Shown here in pieces: positions 24,305-38,414 of a stretch of 64,000 nucleotides of DNA. The DNA is taken from positions 55,930,560 through 55,994,559 of the forward strand of contig NC_068987.1 in NCBI RefSeq assembly GCF_001194135.2. Reading direction: 5' to 3'. The translations under genes were made by a program, and so were the position numbers. Position 1 is the stretch's first letter, and the number at the start of each line of letters is the position of its first letter. The notes beneath the pieces were generated by a model that did no database searches, was not told the DNA's origin, and saw only the letters and a program-made list of their open reading frames with translations. The stretch is from Octopus bimaculoides (lineage: Eukaryota).

Positions 24305-24769
24305 TATNNNNNNNNNNCGCACTCACACATACATATCTATCTATTCTATGTATTTCTGTTTCTACTAACCTACCAATATATTTTTGTGTGCATATGTGCG
24401 TGTGCGTGTGTGTGTGTATACACATAGACACATGCATATATCAGACACATTCACAAACAAACACCTTGGTATACTTTTCTTCGTGTTTGTAGAAAGATGG
24501 CCAATACTTGAATATGCCCTTATATAAATTATTTTCTTGGAAATCTGCGGTTTTTAAATTTCATAGCAAGTCTAGAGCCACAAGATAACGTGTTATCACA
24601 CTGAGTGAGATATCGAGAGGATCCAAACGAAGGACATATTTAAACAATAATCTGAAGAGGTGTATTTTACTCCCCGAATATATGATAATGATTACACAAC
24701 ACTTCTCCAATGAACCCAAGATGCAAAAGTGTATTGAAACAATTGTAGCGATTAGCACCGCGAGTGTGA

Positions 24770-25780
24770 CGTTGTTCTCAAGCAGCTATGCTGTCCCGGG
24801 TCGACCTTGAGCGACTTCAACACAACCAAAGCATTCTATAGGGGATTAGTGGAGGGGAGGTACGACGACGATCTCGGGCCGGACCTGGGCGTCGACGAGG
24901 AATACCTGACCCGCCTGTTCAAGACGACTTTGGGCCGGGACCTATGGACAACTTCCAGAGATCCCTGGCCTGGCAGTGCTATCGAGAAGCGCTGCCCGTT
25001 CAGGATAAGCTCTACAAGCATGGCTCGAGAAATACGGGGCCGACCTGCCCGAGATGCGGTTAGAGCGACGAAACCGTTCTACACGCCCTCTACAGTGTCC
25101 AACCATTTTCGACCTATGGACCTGTGTCGAACGACTGCTATCGCGTGTGGGACGAGTCATTTTATCAACCGAGTCTATCGTGAATATTGTCGCGCCTCCT
25201 TCCTTGAAACGGGAAGGAAGAGCCATTTTCATCGTACTTGTAGCTATGGCGAAAGAATGTGTATGGAGGACGCGTCTGAAAGGTCTAGAGATAAACACTT
25301 TCCTCTCTGGTGAATCTCTCATCAACTTCTTCAAGTATCACTTGAAGAGGAAGGTGAGAGTAGAGAGGGAAGTTTTGTCTAGAGAATGTTTCAAAACAAG
25401 ATGGGTGAACGTAGTAAGGATGGCACGTGTGATTGACGAAGCCACCTTGAGCATAATCCTATGAACCAAAACAAAAAAAAGAAAGGGGAAAAGAGAGTCA
25501 CTTACTGTAATGCGTTTTTTTCTTGCGTGACATTATTGCCCGAGGTTACCGTGGTCTTTTCCGTAGGCTTTTCTTTCCACGGATAAACCTAATCTGTTTA
25601 CCCTTTTCACATCCTGACATTTCTGTGATACACGATCCCTAATAGGAGGCTTTTTTTTAACAATCCTTTTCAACGAAATTCTACTCCTTTCCCTTTTTTT
25701 TCCTTCTCTTCCCAAAAAGAAAAGCTCTACTTTGTATTTTGTCCCCTCTGTGTTCAGCCCTGTGTGGCCAATAAAGAAAC
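24770..25780 (+). mobile_element. 5'-truncated Tx1/L1-clade LINE: ORF2 C-terminal zinc-knuckle region, 3' UTR and polyA signal
   Basis: SLAWQCYREALPVQDKLYKHG..PTCPRCG*SDETVLHAL then FDLWTCVERLLS..KECVWRTRLKG..FKYHLKRKVRVEREVL..IIL* (stop about 25464); aataaa at about 25769; GC-richer than the flanks. Confidence 0.85.
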
Positions 25781-26068
25781 ATATCTATTTATATACTGGT
25801 ATAAAGGGATAAGCATCTCACTATTGTTCATCAAGTAATCTTACATCACTTGAAGAAATGATTAAATAGTGATGATCAACTGGATGCTCACAGATACTAC
25901 GGACTACATTGTAATCATCCTAAGAACACGGACTGTGATCTTAAGAGTCACGTGATTTGTGAAAACGCACGTAGCGATGCATCAAATGTTTATAAATACC
26001 ATCCAAGGATTATTGTTATTATTATTATTATTTTTTATACATACATACATACATACATACATACTTAA

Positions 26069-26107
<39 letters not shown>

Positions 26108-26141
26108 TGTGAAAGAGAGAGTTGACGTTGTATGTGTTTAG

Positions 26142-26226
26142 ATTTGGAAGCAAATTGGGCGTCGTATACAAGGACCTTTGTTCGTAGAAATGATATGTAT
26201 GTTGCATCTTGGTTGAGAAGCGACAG
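26142..26226 (+). other. Candidate 85-nt coding exon
   Basis: gtgtttag| acceptor and AG|GTAGAA donor; open frame (D)LEANWASYTRTFVRRNDMYVASWLRSDR. Phase-compatible with the 16061 donor and with an acceptor at 26365 (giving RYNNV*). No homology recognised. Confidence 0.3.
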
Positions 26227-28095
26227 GTAGAAGTGTTCTGAAAATTTAGAAGAGGTCGTCTTGGCAGTAGCTAAAACAACGACGTAGCAATAAGAGAGGT
26301 GATGAAACGTGTTGCTCATACAATTCTCTAAAACATCCTTTGGTTTCGCAATGTTTGCTTTTCAGGAGATATAATAACGTGTAAACAACATCCACGTGGT
26401 CACTGTGGATGGCTACTTTTCTATCTTTAAAAGCTTTGCAAGTCTCATGTAAAGTATTTAGCTAATAATGTGTGTATCAATAGTCATTAATAGAGTTTAA
26501 TGTACGCTGTATTTTGGAGTTTCTATGCTTCGGTCTGTATCAAGTTTATTCAGATGAAATACGCAACTGTTGTTAGAGTGTTCCCTTGATAGAAGACTAT
26601 TTACATAATATAAGACATGAATCTTCATGAGCTAACAGTAATGGATTTAATCCCTGGTGCTGTTAACCTAAAGCAGTTGCCATATCTGCACACTTCAATA
26701 GCTTTAACACATGTGCCCTCATACTTACTTTGATACATTCGCATTTTGATGCACAACCTGCCCTGCACCAAGAATCCTTCACTTTGTGTCAGGGCATAAT
26801 TTTCCCTCCCTCGCCACCTGTTGAAAAAGATGTGTTATGAGAAACAAACGGCCATATGTGTATTCATATTGCTGAGTGAACTAATACAGCAGTGCGCCAA
26901 ATTCTAAACCATTATCGGATGCTGATAAGTTCCATAACCATCTGCTACGTCTATATGAATTTTCAAAGCTTTTACCAGGTACCGTTCTTTATGGTTTTTG
27001 TGAAGTTCATATTAATATTAATGTAGTGTCGGAGTGAGCTGCATATTTGATGGAGCTTTAATAATTTCATTATATTTAGATCTGATAGAAGTAAAAATTG
27101 AGTAATAATGGTTTTTACTATAATGTTATTTTTTTTTTTTTTAAATCAGTAAATTCAATGTGTTGATTTGCTAAAGAAACAACAGAATAGGAGAATTTTT
27201 TAAAAAAAGATCAAGGAAAGAAGGATAATAAATAAATAAAAGTAACTGTTGAAGGAAAAGGTCAAAGAGGGTAGTTTGTCGATAAAATAGCAAAGACGGA
27301 GAAAAACGAATTAAATTTTAGAAAATAGTATTTTACAAGAAAACACATGAACACATCAAATGTTTTGTGTATGGTAGAATTTTATGGGAAAAAGAAAAAA
27401 AATTACAAATAGATTAAACATTTATTTCATAATAAAATCAAGAAAAAATAATAAAACAGCATAAATAATAACTACGTTAAAAAACACATTAAAAAGCACA
27501 TTTAAAATTACATTTAAAAAACTGTAAAAAAAAAAATCAACATTGAATAACAATAAAAAAGTTGAAGACTGCTTTGGAAGGGAAAATTTCCTAACTTAGA
27601 AAAAACATTTTTATTGTGTTTATTACATAAGTAGGAACTTAACATCAATGTTGTCGTTACTGTAATTGCTGTTCTTGATGTTGCAGATGTTATTGTTGAT
27701 CAATTGGTTATTTCCTTCCTTCCCTCCTTCCTTCCTTCCTCCCTAGCATTCTTTCTCTTTCTTGTTTATTTAATTTTTTTTTGCGTAGGTGTGCTTTGTT
27801 TTATTTTTATTCATCTCCAAATGAGCTGCACTATGTTTCTGTTGTTATACTTTATTCATATATTATTGTTAATCCTGCTACTTCAATTACTACTGCTGCA
27901 CTTGTTGCTGCTGCTGCTGCTGTTGGTATCGTTGTTGTTTTCGTTGTTGCTTATGTTGTTGATATTGTGGATGCTGTTGTCGTTGTTTCTGTGGTTATTA
28001 GTTATTGTTGTTCCTCAAACAAGCAGCGAATATTTGTCTTATTGATTAAGTAAATTGATTCACTTGTTACTTATGTGATGTGGATAATTATTTTG

Positions 28096-28135
<40 letters not shown>

Positions 28136-28258
28136 TATATCTATGTACATGCATATATACACACGTATGTTTATATCTATGTGTATTGTATGTGACTATG
28201 CCTCTATGCGTGTGATTATATGTATCTACTAAGCTGTGTGAATATATAGATATCTCTC

Positions 28259-28305
<47 letters not shown>

Positions 28306-28546
28306 GTATGTATATATATATATATTATGCATGTATGTGTATATGTATGTATAACATCAGTTGTTTTCTCTTGTATTGGACGGATATTTTCGCAGCTGTT
28401 TATCTATCTCGTATTTGCATATTCATGAATTAATATGAATATAATACATATATATACAAACATACATCCACTCATTCTCGCCTAGATGTATACATGTGTA
28501 GTGGGGTGGATGTGTACATGTATGTGTGCTTTTACTTTGCATATGT

Positions 28547-28606
<60 letters not shown>

Positions 28607-31314
28607 GTGTTTTTCTCTGTGTCCATTATTCCTCGTTGTTAACATACAGTAAACTTTTCATGTGTATTTTGTTTCTTTCAAATTATTTTCGTTTATTTCT
28701 TTATTTGTTCTATGTCTTGAAGAGGTACATTTCATGAATGTTGCATAAGAAAATATTCAAAATATTTCTTTCTCTTACAATGTTTTAACATTTGGCTTCC
28801 CAATGCATACATAAATAAACAATACAACGTAGAGAAAAGACTAGTTGTCTCACGTGTTCAGGATGTGAAAATATGAAATACTATCAGCAAACAACCATTG
28901 TTGTCAAGACTCATAAATAACTCAAACAAATTGCACCACTAATTAAAAATATTTCTGTCTCCCTACATGGAATCTGAGATTCTTTTTAATTAGAGAAAAA
29001 TCTCTGTAATATCTGAGTCTACATTTCAAACGCAAAAGACAATAAAAAAAAAGTGAAAGAGAAAAGCATCATTTTTTTTTTGTTATATATAGTCTACTAA
29101 TTTTGAAATTGTCGCAATAAAGAAGCGAATCAATATCATAGTATTAAAAATGAAGCAAATAAAAATTGTATGAAAATCTGTCTACATATACGAAGTAAAA
29201 CAAACCTGATTTGTGATAGTCGAATATATTTATATGCATGTATGTATACACATATGTATGTGTGTGTGTGCATATGTGTGTGTGCTTGTATGTACGTATG
29301 TATATGTACAATAACTAAAATATATTACCTATAGACAAATATATGAAATAGTTCCTTTGTGTTAATACATTTTTTGTACAATAGGAAATACTTTTTGGAA
29401 ACTTCAGTTTCGGAACCCTAGTGTCAAACCACAAACAAGTGAGACTTATACACTCCAATTACGTGTTTGAAGTTTTCAAATAAAAATGACCATTTGAAAA
29501 CATTCTATCAAGTAACGAGTTTTAGCTCCCATACCTTGTAGAAAGGCAGCTTAACAGATAGGCAGATAGACTATTTTGTATACGAGGTGAAATAATTATG
29601 CTATCATTTTCCTATCTTAACAAAAAATAGTTTTAATATCTGAACATTTTTTCCTTATTCAGAGAATTTCCTGTAACCATTCAATATGTATACGAATAGT
29701 GACAGCTATCCGAATGTTATAAGCAAATAGTTTAAACACTGGCTGATTCAATGCAATTAGTTGTAAAATTGTACACTCCATCCCTGTAAAAAGTTCCGAC
29801 ACTATTTAGGTGCATGCAGCTCCAACACTTACTAGAGTGGCGTTTCTACATACAGAGATAAAATGTCCATTTCTATGATAATTTGAATAAATTCCTCTGC
29901 TGAACACTCAAAGAAAAGTATTGAGAAAAAATGAAATTCAAGCAATAGTCCTTTGAATAACCTGATTTCTTAGTTATGTTTGGCTCGAGCTACATTAACC
30001 GAACGAAACGTAGTACTTGTAATAAATTCCATATATACGGTGAACAGCGAGAATCAAAACGACGACGCGTATATTCATCCTTAATATTTTCCGGAAGATT
30101 CGAACGTAAATATGCTAATTGCTGGTATGCCTCGTCATTAGTGAACAAACCGTTTCGGACGCATGTGTGTTCATAACACACTCAGTTCCTTAGCGTAAGG
30201 GGACTTGGAATACCTAGTCTCCTCAACCAAAGGCACTCTGGACTAATAAATCTAACAAGAGTCTGTAGCTGTTGTTCATAAATTCAGCAAACAAATTATT
30301 TGCTGATGCGTGCTGATGTCTGCAACGGATAATAAATCAACGTGCGCACGATGACTACAAGGAACCAAAACAATGATTTGCATATTCATTTTTAATATAT
30401 ACCAGCAGATTCGAACGTGAGTATGCTAATCGCTGTTGTCTTTCGTCACTGGAGAACAATTTCTTTCGGTATTAATAGAAATATGGAAATCCATTTGTTT
30501 AGAAATACAAGAATATGATGGATGGGTACTAAGTTTTTTAATAATACGAATATACATAATTAGAATTCACAATAATGTTTTTAAGCACGCTTTGTATATT
30601 TATTTCATATCTTTCATAACACATTCATGATTCCCTATCTTTGTTATGATGATGATTTTACATTGTTTTGCTCATACAACTTATTCTATTTACTAAATTT
30701 GAAGAAAATCAAAAGAGTACAACCAAAAACGACAAATATACGTCACGAAACATTCGCAACACAATACTACATTGTATGTCAGAGAATATGCATTGAATAC
30801 GATTTTGTTTGAGTATAATAAAATACAGTTCTTCATATTGATTTATTGCGTCGGAAGAAGACATCAAATTTAGAGGTGAAGGAAATGTTGACATTCATCA
30901 AAACAGCATTTGAAAACAATTCAAATCTAAATGACAGCAGCTAATCAATTAATTTACTCAAAGAGGAATGGTATTGTGGGAAAGAACTGGCATTAAGGGA
31001 AGTAATATATAAGTTTTAAATCAAATTCTGAACAATTTTAAGCCGCCAGTTAGTCCAAATATCAAATGAAAACAAAGTTTATAGTCATCATTCTTCTCCC
31101 CTCTTGTTATCAATCTCTTTATTAGCTATATAAACTAAAACATGTTGAGTTAAGTGCTTCGCTCAAGGTTACATGAAAGTGCAAGTGGCAGAATGCTACT
31201 CACAACCTTACACGAAGCCAACACTTGATCCACTTGGCTGGTATTATGCATTCCGCATTGAAATTAGTGGTGCTATACCAATCAGACGAATTAAACATTA
31301 AGAACTATAGTGCT

Positions 31315-31346
<32 letters not shown>

Positions 31347-31606
31347 TAGACAAGCAGACAGATAGATAGATATACATATACATAAATATCATATACTTAT
31401 ATATGTCGATACACGCACATATATATATATTTATATATATATATATATATGTGTGTGTATGTATATGTATATATATNNNNNNNNNNNNNNNNNNNNNNNN
31501 NNNNNNNNNNNNNNNNNNNNNNNNNNNNNNNNNNNNNNNNNNNNNNNNNNNNNNNNNNNNNNNNNNNNNNNNNNNNNNNNNNNNNNNNNNNNNNNNNNNN
31601 NNNNNN

Positions 31607-31660
<54 letters not shown>

Positions 31661-32414
31661 TGCATGTATCTATATACATATATATATATATATCTTTACC
31701 AATTACTACTACAGTTATCAAAACATCAGAAAGTAGCATTTAATAACATCTAATGGATGATTGGAAAATTTCCATCAGAACATAACCTTTTATACAAATG
31801 AAAAATGAGAAAATCTAGATGAGAGTTTAACTATATCAACCATTGCAGGTCTCTATTATCGTTTTGGGACAATAATGCAAAACTCAGTTAGATATAGATT
31901 ACATGGTAAAGTAATACTCTTTAATTTGTCTTGGCATCTATAGATATTCATATATTTATTTGATATAAAGATTAGAGTCTGGGGAAATGTTTTCACGGCG
32001 TAGACATTTATTGGTGCTTTTCAAGTTTGATTTCTCCTTTGGGCTTATTCCGTTTACGGATTTACAAAATATCAATGTATTTATTACACGGCCATGTTTG
32101 GCTGTTTCCAGAGTTATGTATCAGTGGACAAGTCACAAAGCAGAATCTGCGTTGATGTTGCGCAGTCTCTACTTCGACGTTTTACTGTTATATACTCAAT
32201 TCCTGCGAGATAACTGTTATCTTTCACTGTTATGCTGTACGGTTTCGAATTGTCATTTAACGACGACTTCACTTGGCAATGCATTTGATAGTATATTTCA
32301 GTGTTCTTACCATATATTTCAGCTCTCAGCAGGTCTCTTTCATATATATGTATAAAATAGAAAGTTCAAAACGTTTTTGCTCATGGTACTCTTTCATCTC
32401 TCTTCGTATGAAGT

Positions 32415-32460
<46 letters not shown>

Positions 32461-32512
32461 CGTGTGTGTGTGTATATGTGTGTGTCGTTATATGTGTGTG
32501 TGTGTGTGTGTG

Positions 32513-32546
<34 letters not shown>

Positions 32547-32671
32547 CCTAGATAGATACACACACACAGATATTTAAACGAAGGTATAATAAATGCAACA
32601 TATATATATACATATATATGTATATATATAGATATATATATATATATAGATATATATATATATATAGATAT

Positions 32672-32720
<49 letters not shown>

Positions 32721-32823
32721 ATTATAGTACATATATTATATATCTATATGTATATATTATACATATATATATATATATACATATCTGTATTATATATATA
32801 CTATATATTAAAATTATAATCAA

Positions 32824-33203
32824 GGTAACTAAGAGAGATACCACCATGCTAGAGAAAGCAGTCAAAACTTGACTAAAAAACCACTTAATGTATTCATACA
32901 GCACCAGGTGAAAAGACAAAAAGACAAATAAGCTAGCAAAAATTCTTGAATAATCCTAGATCCGGATAGCTGTCTCTGTATAAAAATACACTGTGCTTCA
33001 TAAGTGGGGAATACACAGGTAGTATTTCCCACTGATGAGTCAGAGTATATTTTTATACAGAGCCAGAAAGCCGTATCTGGGATTATCCAATTATTTTTGC
33101 TTGTTCATTTGTCTTTTCACCTAGTGCTGTATGAATACATGAAGTGGTTTTAGAGTCAGGTTTTTACCGCTATCTCTAGCATGGTGGTATCTCTTAGATA
33201 CCC
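32824..33203. mobile_element. Fold-back element (arms of about 185 bp, 7-nt loop) with decayed hammerhead cores
   Basis: 32824-33014 is the reverse complement of 33022-33203 at roughly 80-85% identity by eye; CTGATGA at 33032-38 and GAAA-GCCG-TA at 33066-75. Confidence 0.8.
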
Positions 33204-33363
33204 TTTTATAATTTTATAATTATAATTTTATAATTTTATAATTATAATTATAAATTTATAATTATAATTTTATAATTATAATTATAATTATAATTTTAAT
33301 ATAATCTATATTTTAAATAACAATCTTATCCTTACTTACATAAAAATTTATACTATATATATA

Positions 33364-33410
<47 letters not shown>

Positions 33411-34198
33411 ATCTATATTTATATACATATATATATATATTATTTATGTATTACATATGTATATATTATATACACATATGTATTATATATATAAAATATA
33501 TATTATACATATATGTATTATAGGTACCTAGCGTTCATAATAATTTTTCTATCATCTTGGCTCAACAGCCCTCACCGTTTGATTTTACTGTCCTGTTCTC
33601 ACTGTCCTATTCTTGTTAACACTTTCACCCGCTGCAAAAATTTCTAAATTTTATTTAATTTGCTTTGCGAGAAGGACTGTTTCAACGAAATCGCGTATTG
33701 TCCTTGCCTTCGAAACGTGGAATAGATGGAACAGCGACAACTAACGAAGGGGCATACTCTTTATGTTGCATGTCTCGTTTCTCTGTTTGTTTTTTTCGTT
33801 GTTCAAAGAAAGTTCGTTTGCTATGTTTTCGTTTTTACGTTTTCGTTGTTACGTTTTCGTTTTTACATTTTCGTTTCTCATTGTGTTTAACGTTTTTTGA
33901 TGTCCTGTACCCATATATACATGTATATATACATATATATGTAGGTATGTACATATATGTATGGATATATGCATATATTTATATATTATTTATATTATTA
34001 TATGATCGAACGCCACGCATCCTTTTCCAAGTAAGTTTTATATATATATGTAATATATATTATATACATATATTATNNNNNNNNNNNNNNNNNNNNNNNN
34101 NNNNNNNNNNNNNNNNNNNNNNNNNNNNNNNNNNNNNNNNNNNNNNNNNNNNNNNNNNNNNNNNNNNNTATATATATATATATATATGTATTATATAT

Positions 34199-35002
34199 GC
34201 CCTAAACGTCATAGGTGAGATTTTTCTTTGGTTGGTTGATACGCATTTCATGCGATCACACAAATATAGAAAGATCTTTAACAGACATAATTTAAGAATC
34301 TTTTTCAGTTGTTATGAAAAAATACCTTGCACTCTTAAACCACTGACAATGACAGGTTGTCCATGCAGGAGTAGAAATGAATGCCCAGTGGACGGCCGAT
34401 GTAACATCGAGGCTACAGTGTACCAAGTAAAGGTAGCCTCAAACAGATGCAACACAAATATCAGTAACATCAATGCCAACAGAGGGACACACACTAAACT
34501 TTATGTCGGATCTTGTGAATCCAAATTTAAAATTCGTCTAAACAACCACAAATCGTCTTTCAAGGTCCCGGAGAGACACTCGCAGTATACATATGGCGCC
34601 TAAAGGACGATCATGCGCCCTTTAACATCAGATAGAAATTACTGGAAACTTGTGGATCCTATCGCAATGGAACAAGACTATGTAAATTCTGTATGGCAGA
34701 GAGATATATAATCCTTATCAACTCACATGAGCCAGGAGGCTACTTGAACTCCAGGACGGAAGCCGTGGGGAGTTGTTCACATTTTCGGAAATTTTTTACT
34801 TCAAAATTGGAGAACCTAGCTCTCAAGCGAAGGAAGACAACTCGCCCGGCCACATTTTAAGAAGAATATTTCTTGAACTATCACCGGCGTTCTTGTGTTT
34901 TAAAAAACATTCTTTGCAGAGAACAGTTATCGTTTAGAGAAACTGAAGAGATGTTTAGTTCACGCTAGATATGAAACCAATGGTATTTTTTCTAAACTGA
35001 TA
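34199..35002 (+). mobile_element. Penelope-like element 3' end (Neptune-like): GIY-YIG endonuclease plus HHR-bearing terminal region
   Basis: IGEIFLWLVDTHF..KYRKIFNRHNLR..CPCRSRNECPVDGRC..VYQVKV..LYVGSCESKFKIRLNNHKSSF, then a frameshift to LCKFCMAERYII..LNSRTEAVGSCSHFRKFLL (stop 34817-19). Confidence 0.9.
34928..35002 (+). ncRNA. Type I hammerhead ribozyme motif
   Basis: Stem I tatcgtttagagaaa / ttttttctaaactgata; core CTGAAGA 34943-49 plus an extra G; stem II atgtttag/ctagatat; GAAA 34973-76; stem III ACC-aat-GGT; predicted cleavage after GUA at 34985. Confidence 0.75.
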
Positions 35003-36761
35003 GGTTACACATACAAATATATATATATATACTCTTTTNNNNNNNNNNNNNNNNNNNNNNNNNNNNNNNNNNNNNNNNNNNNNNNNNNNNNNNNNNNNNN
35101 NNNNNNNNNNNNNNNNNNNNNNNNNNNNNNNNNNNNNNNNNNNNNNNNNNNNNNNNNNNNNNNNNNNNNNNNNNNNNNNNNNNNNNNNNNNNNNNNNNNN
35201 NNNNNNNNNNNNNNNNNNNNNNNNNNNNNNNNNNNNNNNNNNNNNNNNNNNNNNNNNNNNNNNNNNNNNNNNNNNNNNNNNNNNNNNNNNNNNNNNNNNN
35301 NNNNNNNNNNNNNNNNNNNNNNNNNNNNNNNNNNNNNNNNNNNNNNNNNNNNNNNNNNNNNNNNNNNNNNNNNNNNNNNNNNNNNNNNNNNNNNNNNNNN
35401 NNNNNNNNNNNNNNNNNNNNNNNNNNNNNNNNNNNNNNNNNNNNNNNNNNNNNNNNNNNNNNNNNNNNTTTGAACCCTAGATTATTGTAATGCCTGGTCT
35501 TGAATTTAGATGGAATGGATGCTACCTTTGTTATAATACAATGTTGACCAGTTCTGGAATTTGTATAAAACTCATTGCCAAACTTAGGTACTAGCCCTTC
35601 TAGGCTTTTCCATCTATATATTATTGTATATCTCTCACATCTTCACTCCAGGGAGTAAAGCTGTAGTTTACTCAGCCTATCCCTGTAGTTCATTCGCTGC
35701 ACTGTTTCAACCTTTTTAGTGTAGTGGCTTTGAACTACTTCAAGCTCCGCTGTTAGTTTGGCACTTCCACAGGGTCAACATAGTTTCTTGGACCCAGTTG
35801 TCTACACATATCCGTGTACAGGACGGGAACATAAATAAAGCACAAAAACGGACTTTTTTTACGGACAACAGAATGAACACATAAGAATATATATATGCAT
35901 ACTTTGATGTACTCCGAGCATACATATGTACTTTCAAAACCTCGATTCAGGTAGCTACTAATTTAATTTTACCTTTTAAGACAAAATTTTCCTCTATCAC
36001 GGTCTTTGTTAGGTTTCTTCTTTGCAAATAAGCATTATCAGGAAACATGTTTAAGAATTTTGATATCTAACAATTAGAATAATGTAAACAATTTAAGAAC
36101 TGAATAAAAGAATTATCACACTATCTTGCTTTTGCATGCTGATGATTTGTTTTGTCAGAATGAAGCCTACTTACATTTAGGATGTGCTAATGTCTCGCCA
36201 TGATCCATACACACACACACACACACACACACANNNNNNNNNNCACACACACACACACATATATATATATATGTATAAATGTGCATGTATGTATATATAG
36301 ATATAGAATAAAGATAGTATTACTAGAAACATACAAACACATATACATGCCTATATGTGGGCATATGTACGTACGTGACTGTTTGTTTGTACATGTGTGA
36401 GTGTGCATCTGTGTATAAGAGTATAAGGTCGGTCGTGGGTTCATTTTCTGGACAAGAGCGGTGTGTTGTGACCGATAGCAAAGCACGTCACTTTACGATA
36501 TTCTACTCAGTTGCAAGTGAGCGCCTGCATACTACTAGTGCCGCCTGTCCCGCTTCTCTTTCTTTCTTTCAGTCTCTCTCTCTTTCTCTCTTTTCTATCT
36601 ATTTTTCCTGCGAGCTGAAACATCTTGGATGTTCCGCAGTGTCAAGAATGGAAGAGGCGAGAAATGTTAATATTTGCTCTACAATGCACAAACGCGTAAC
36701 TATTGTCGAAAGCATTGCATTTCATACCAGGTCATGCTTCTCTCTTTTCTTTCTCTTTCCC

Positions 36762-36794
<33 letters not shown>

Positions 36795-37218
36795 NNNNNN
36801 NNNNNNNNNNNNNNNNNNNNNNNNNNNNNNNNNNNNNNNNNNNNNNNNNNNNNNNNNNNNNNNNNNNNNNNNNNNNNNNNNNNNNNNNNNNNNNNNNNNN
36901 NNNNNNNNNNNNNNNNNNNNNNNNNNNNNNNNNNNNNNNNNNNNNNNNNNNNNNNNNNNNNNNNNNNNNNNNNNNNNNNNNNNNNNNNNNNNNNNNNNNN
37001 NNNNNNNNNNNNNNNNNNNNNNNNNNNNNNNNNNNNNNNNNNNNNNNNNNNNNNNNNNNNNNNNNNNNNNNNNNNNNNNNNNNNNNNNNNNNNNNNNNNN
37101 NNNNNNNNNNNNNNNNNNNNNNNNNNNNNNNNNNNNNNNNNNNNNNNNNNNNNNNNNNNNNNNNNNNNNNNNNNNNNNNNNNNNNNNNNNNNNNGTGTGT
37201 GTGTGTGTGTGTGTGTGT

Positions 37219-37255
<37 letters not shown>

Positions 37256-37269
37256 CGCGTATGATCGTA

Positions 37270-38414
37270 CAGGGTGCATAAGGTATTTGAGGACATACCT
37301 TTTGGGGTCATTGCTGCATGCTTTGCTAATTCTGTATAATATTTGTTTCAGAAAGTACTAATGGCAGACCCTTAGCTTATTCAAGAAATGAAGCGGCATG
37401 CTGTTTTTGTGGCTATAAATGCTGAGCATAGCGATTTTAAAAGTATCTCGATTTTTAAAAGTTGTCAGATCTTTCTTCTACAATCCCAGAAAGTTCAGGC
37501 GATCAATTGCAAAAGATCTCCATATGTCAGAAGGAACAGTTAGAAAGATTGTCCACGAAGACATCAGATACAAGTCTTGTATGATGAAGAGAGGTCAATT
37601 TGTCAGAAAAAGCAGAAGAATATCCACTACATCAGATGTAAAAGGTTCTTAAACAAACTGAAAAATCCAGCTGAAGATTTGATTTGGTTTTCCTCAAACG
37701 AGAAAAACTTTGACCAAGATCAAAAAGTTAACAGTAGAAATGATAGATTGTTATGTGAAGACCCTTCTGAAGTTCCAAGTGTTATGCATACGAAATTTCT
37801 TGCAACTGTCATGATTTTAGGGGTTGTCAGCAATGAAGGACATGTGATGCCTCATTGCTTCTTTCCACAAGGCCTTAGAGTTAACTCTGCCGCCTACATT
37901 GAGGTCCTAGAAATAATTGTTAAGCCCTGGATAGACAATGTATGCAATGGAAAGTCATATGTGTTTCAGTAAGACTCTGCACTATCACACATGGCTCCAG
38001 TAACACAGGAATGGATGGCTGAAAATTTTCATAATCACATAACCCCTAACATTTGGCCTCCTAATTCTCCAGATCTCAATCCATTGGACGATTACATGTG
38101 AAGCGTGATTGAGAGAGAGGTCAATGAATACGCCCATAACACCAAAAATTCTGTGAAAGGTGCTGTAGTCAGAGTAATGTCCAAAGTAAACCAGGACCAC
38201 TTGATTTGAGCATGTAGATGATTTAGATCTTATATAGAAGCAGTTGTTGATGCTGAAGGTGGCTTTATTGAATAACATTTTATCCTCATGGCATTTTTTG
38301 ATAAATTTTATCCTCGTAGCATCTTTTGATGAATAAAATTATTATTTGTCACTATATATCTGTTTTTTTTTTTTTATAAACATAAATCTGTCCTCATATA
38401 TCTTACGCGCCCTG
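37270..38414 (+). mobile_element. DD37D (maT) Tc1/mariner element, 1145 bp, decayed
   Basis: TIRs cagggtgcataaggtatttgaggaca / tgtcctcatatatcttacgcgccctg with TA flanks. FSSNEKNF..VMILGVVSNEG..FQ*DSALSH..WPPNSPDLNPLD, with 37 residues between the 2nd and 3rd D. Confidence 0.92.

Noticed and set aside
35540-35587. YNVDQFWNLYKTHCQ, faintly like the RFX dimerisation region
   Set aside because: It is flanked by in-frame stops, has no matching splice sites and is too short.
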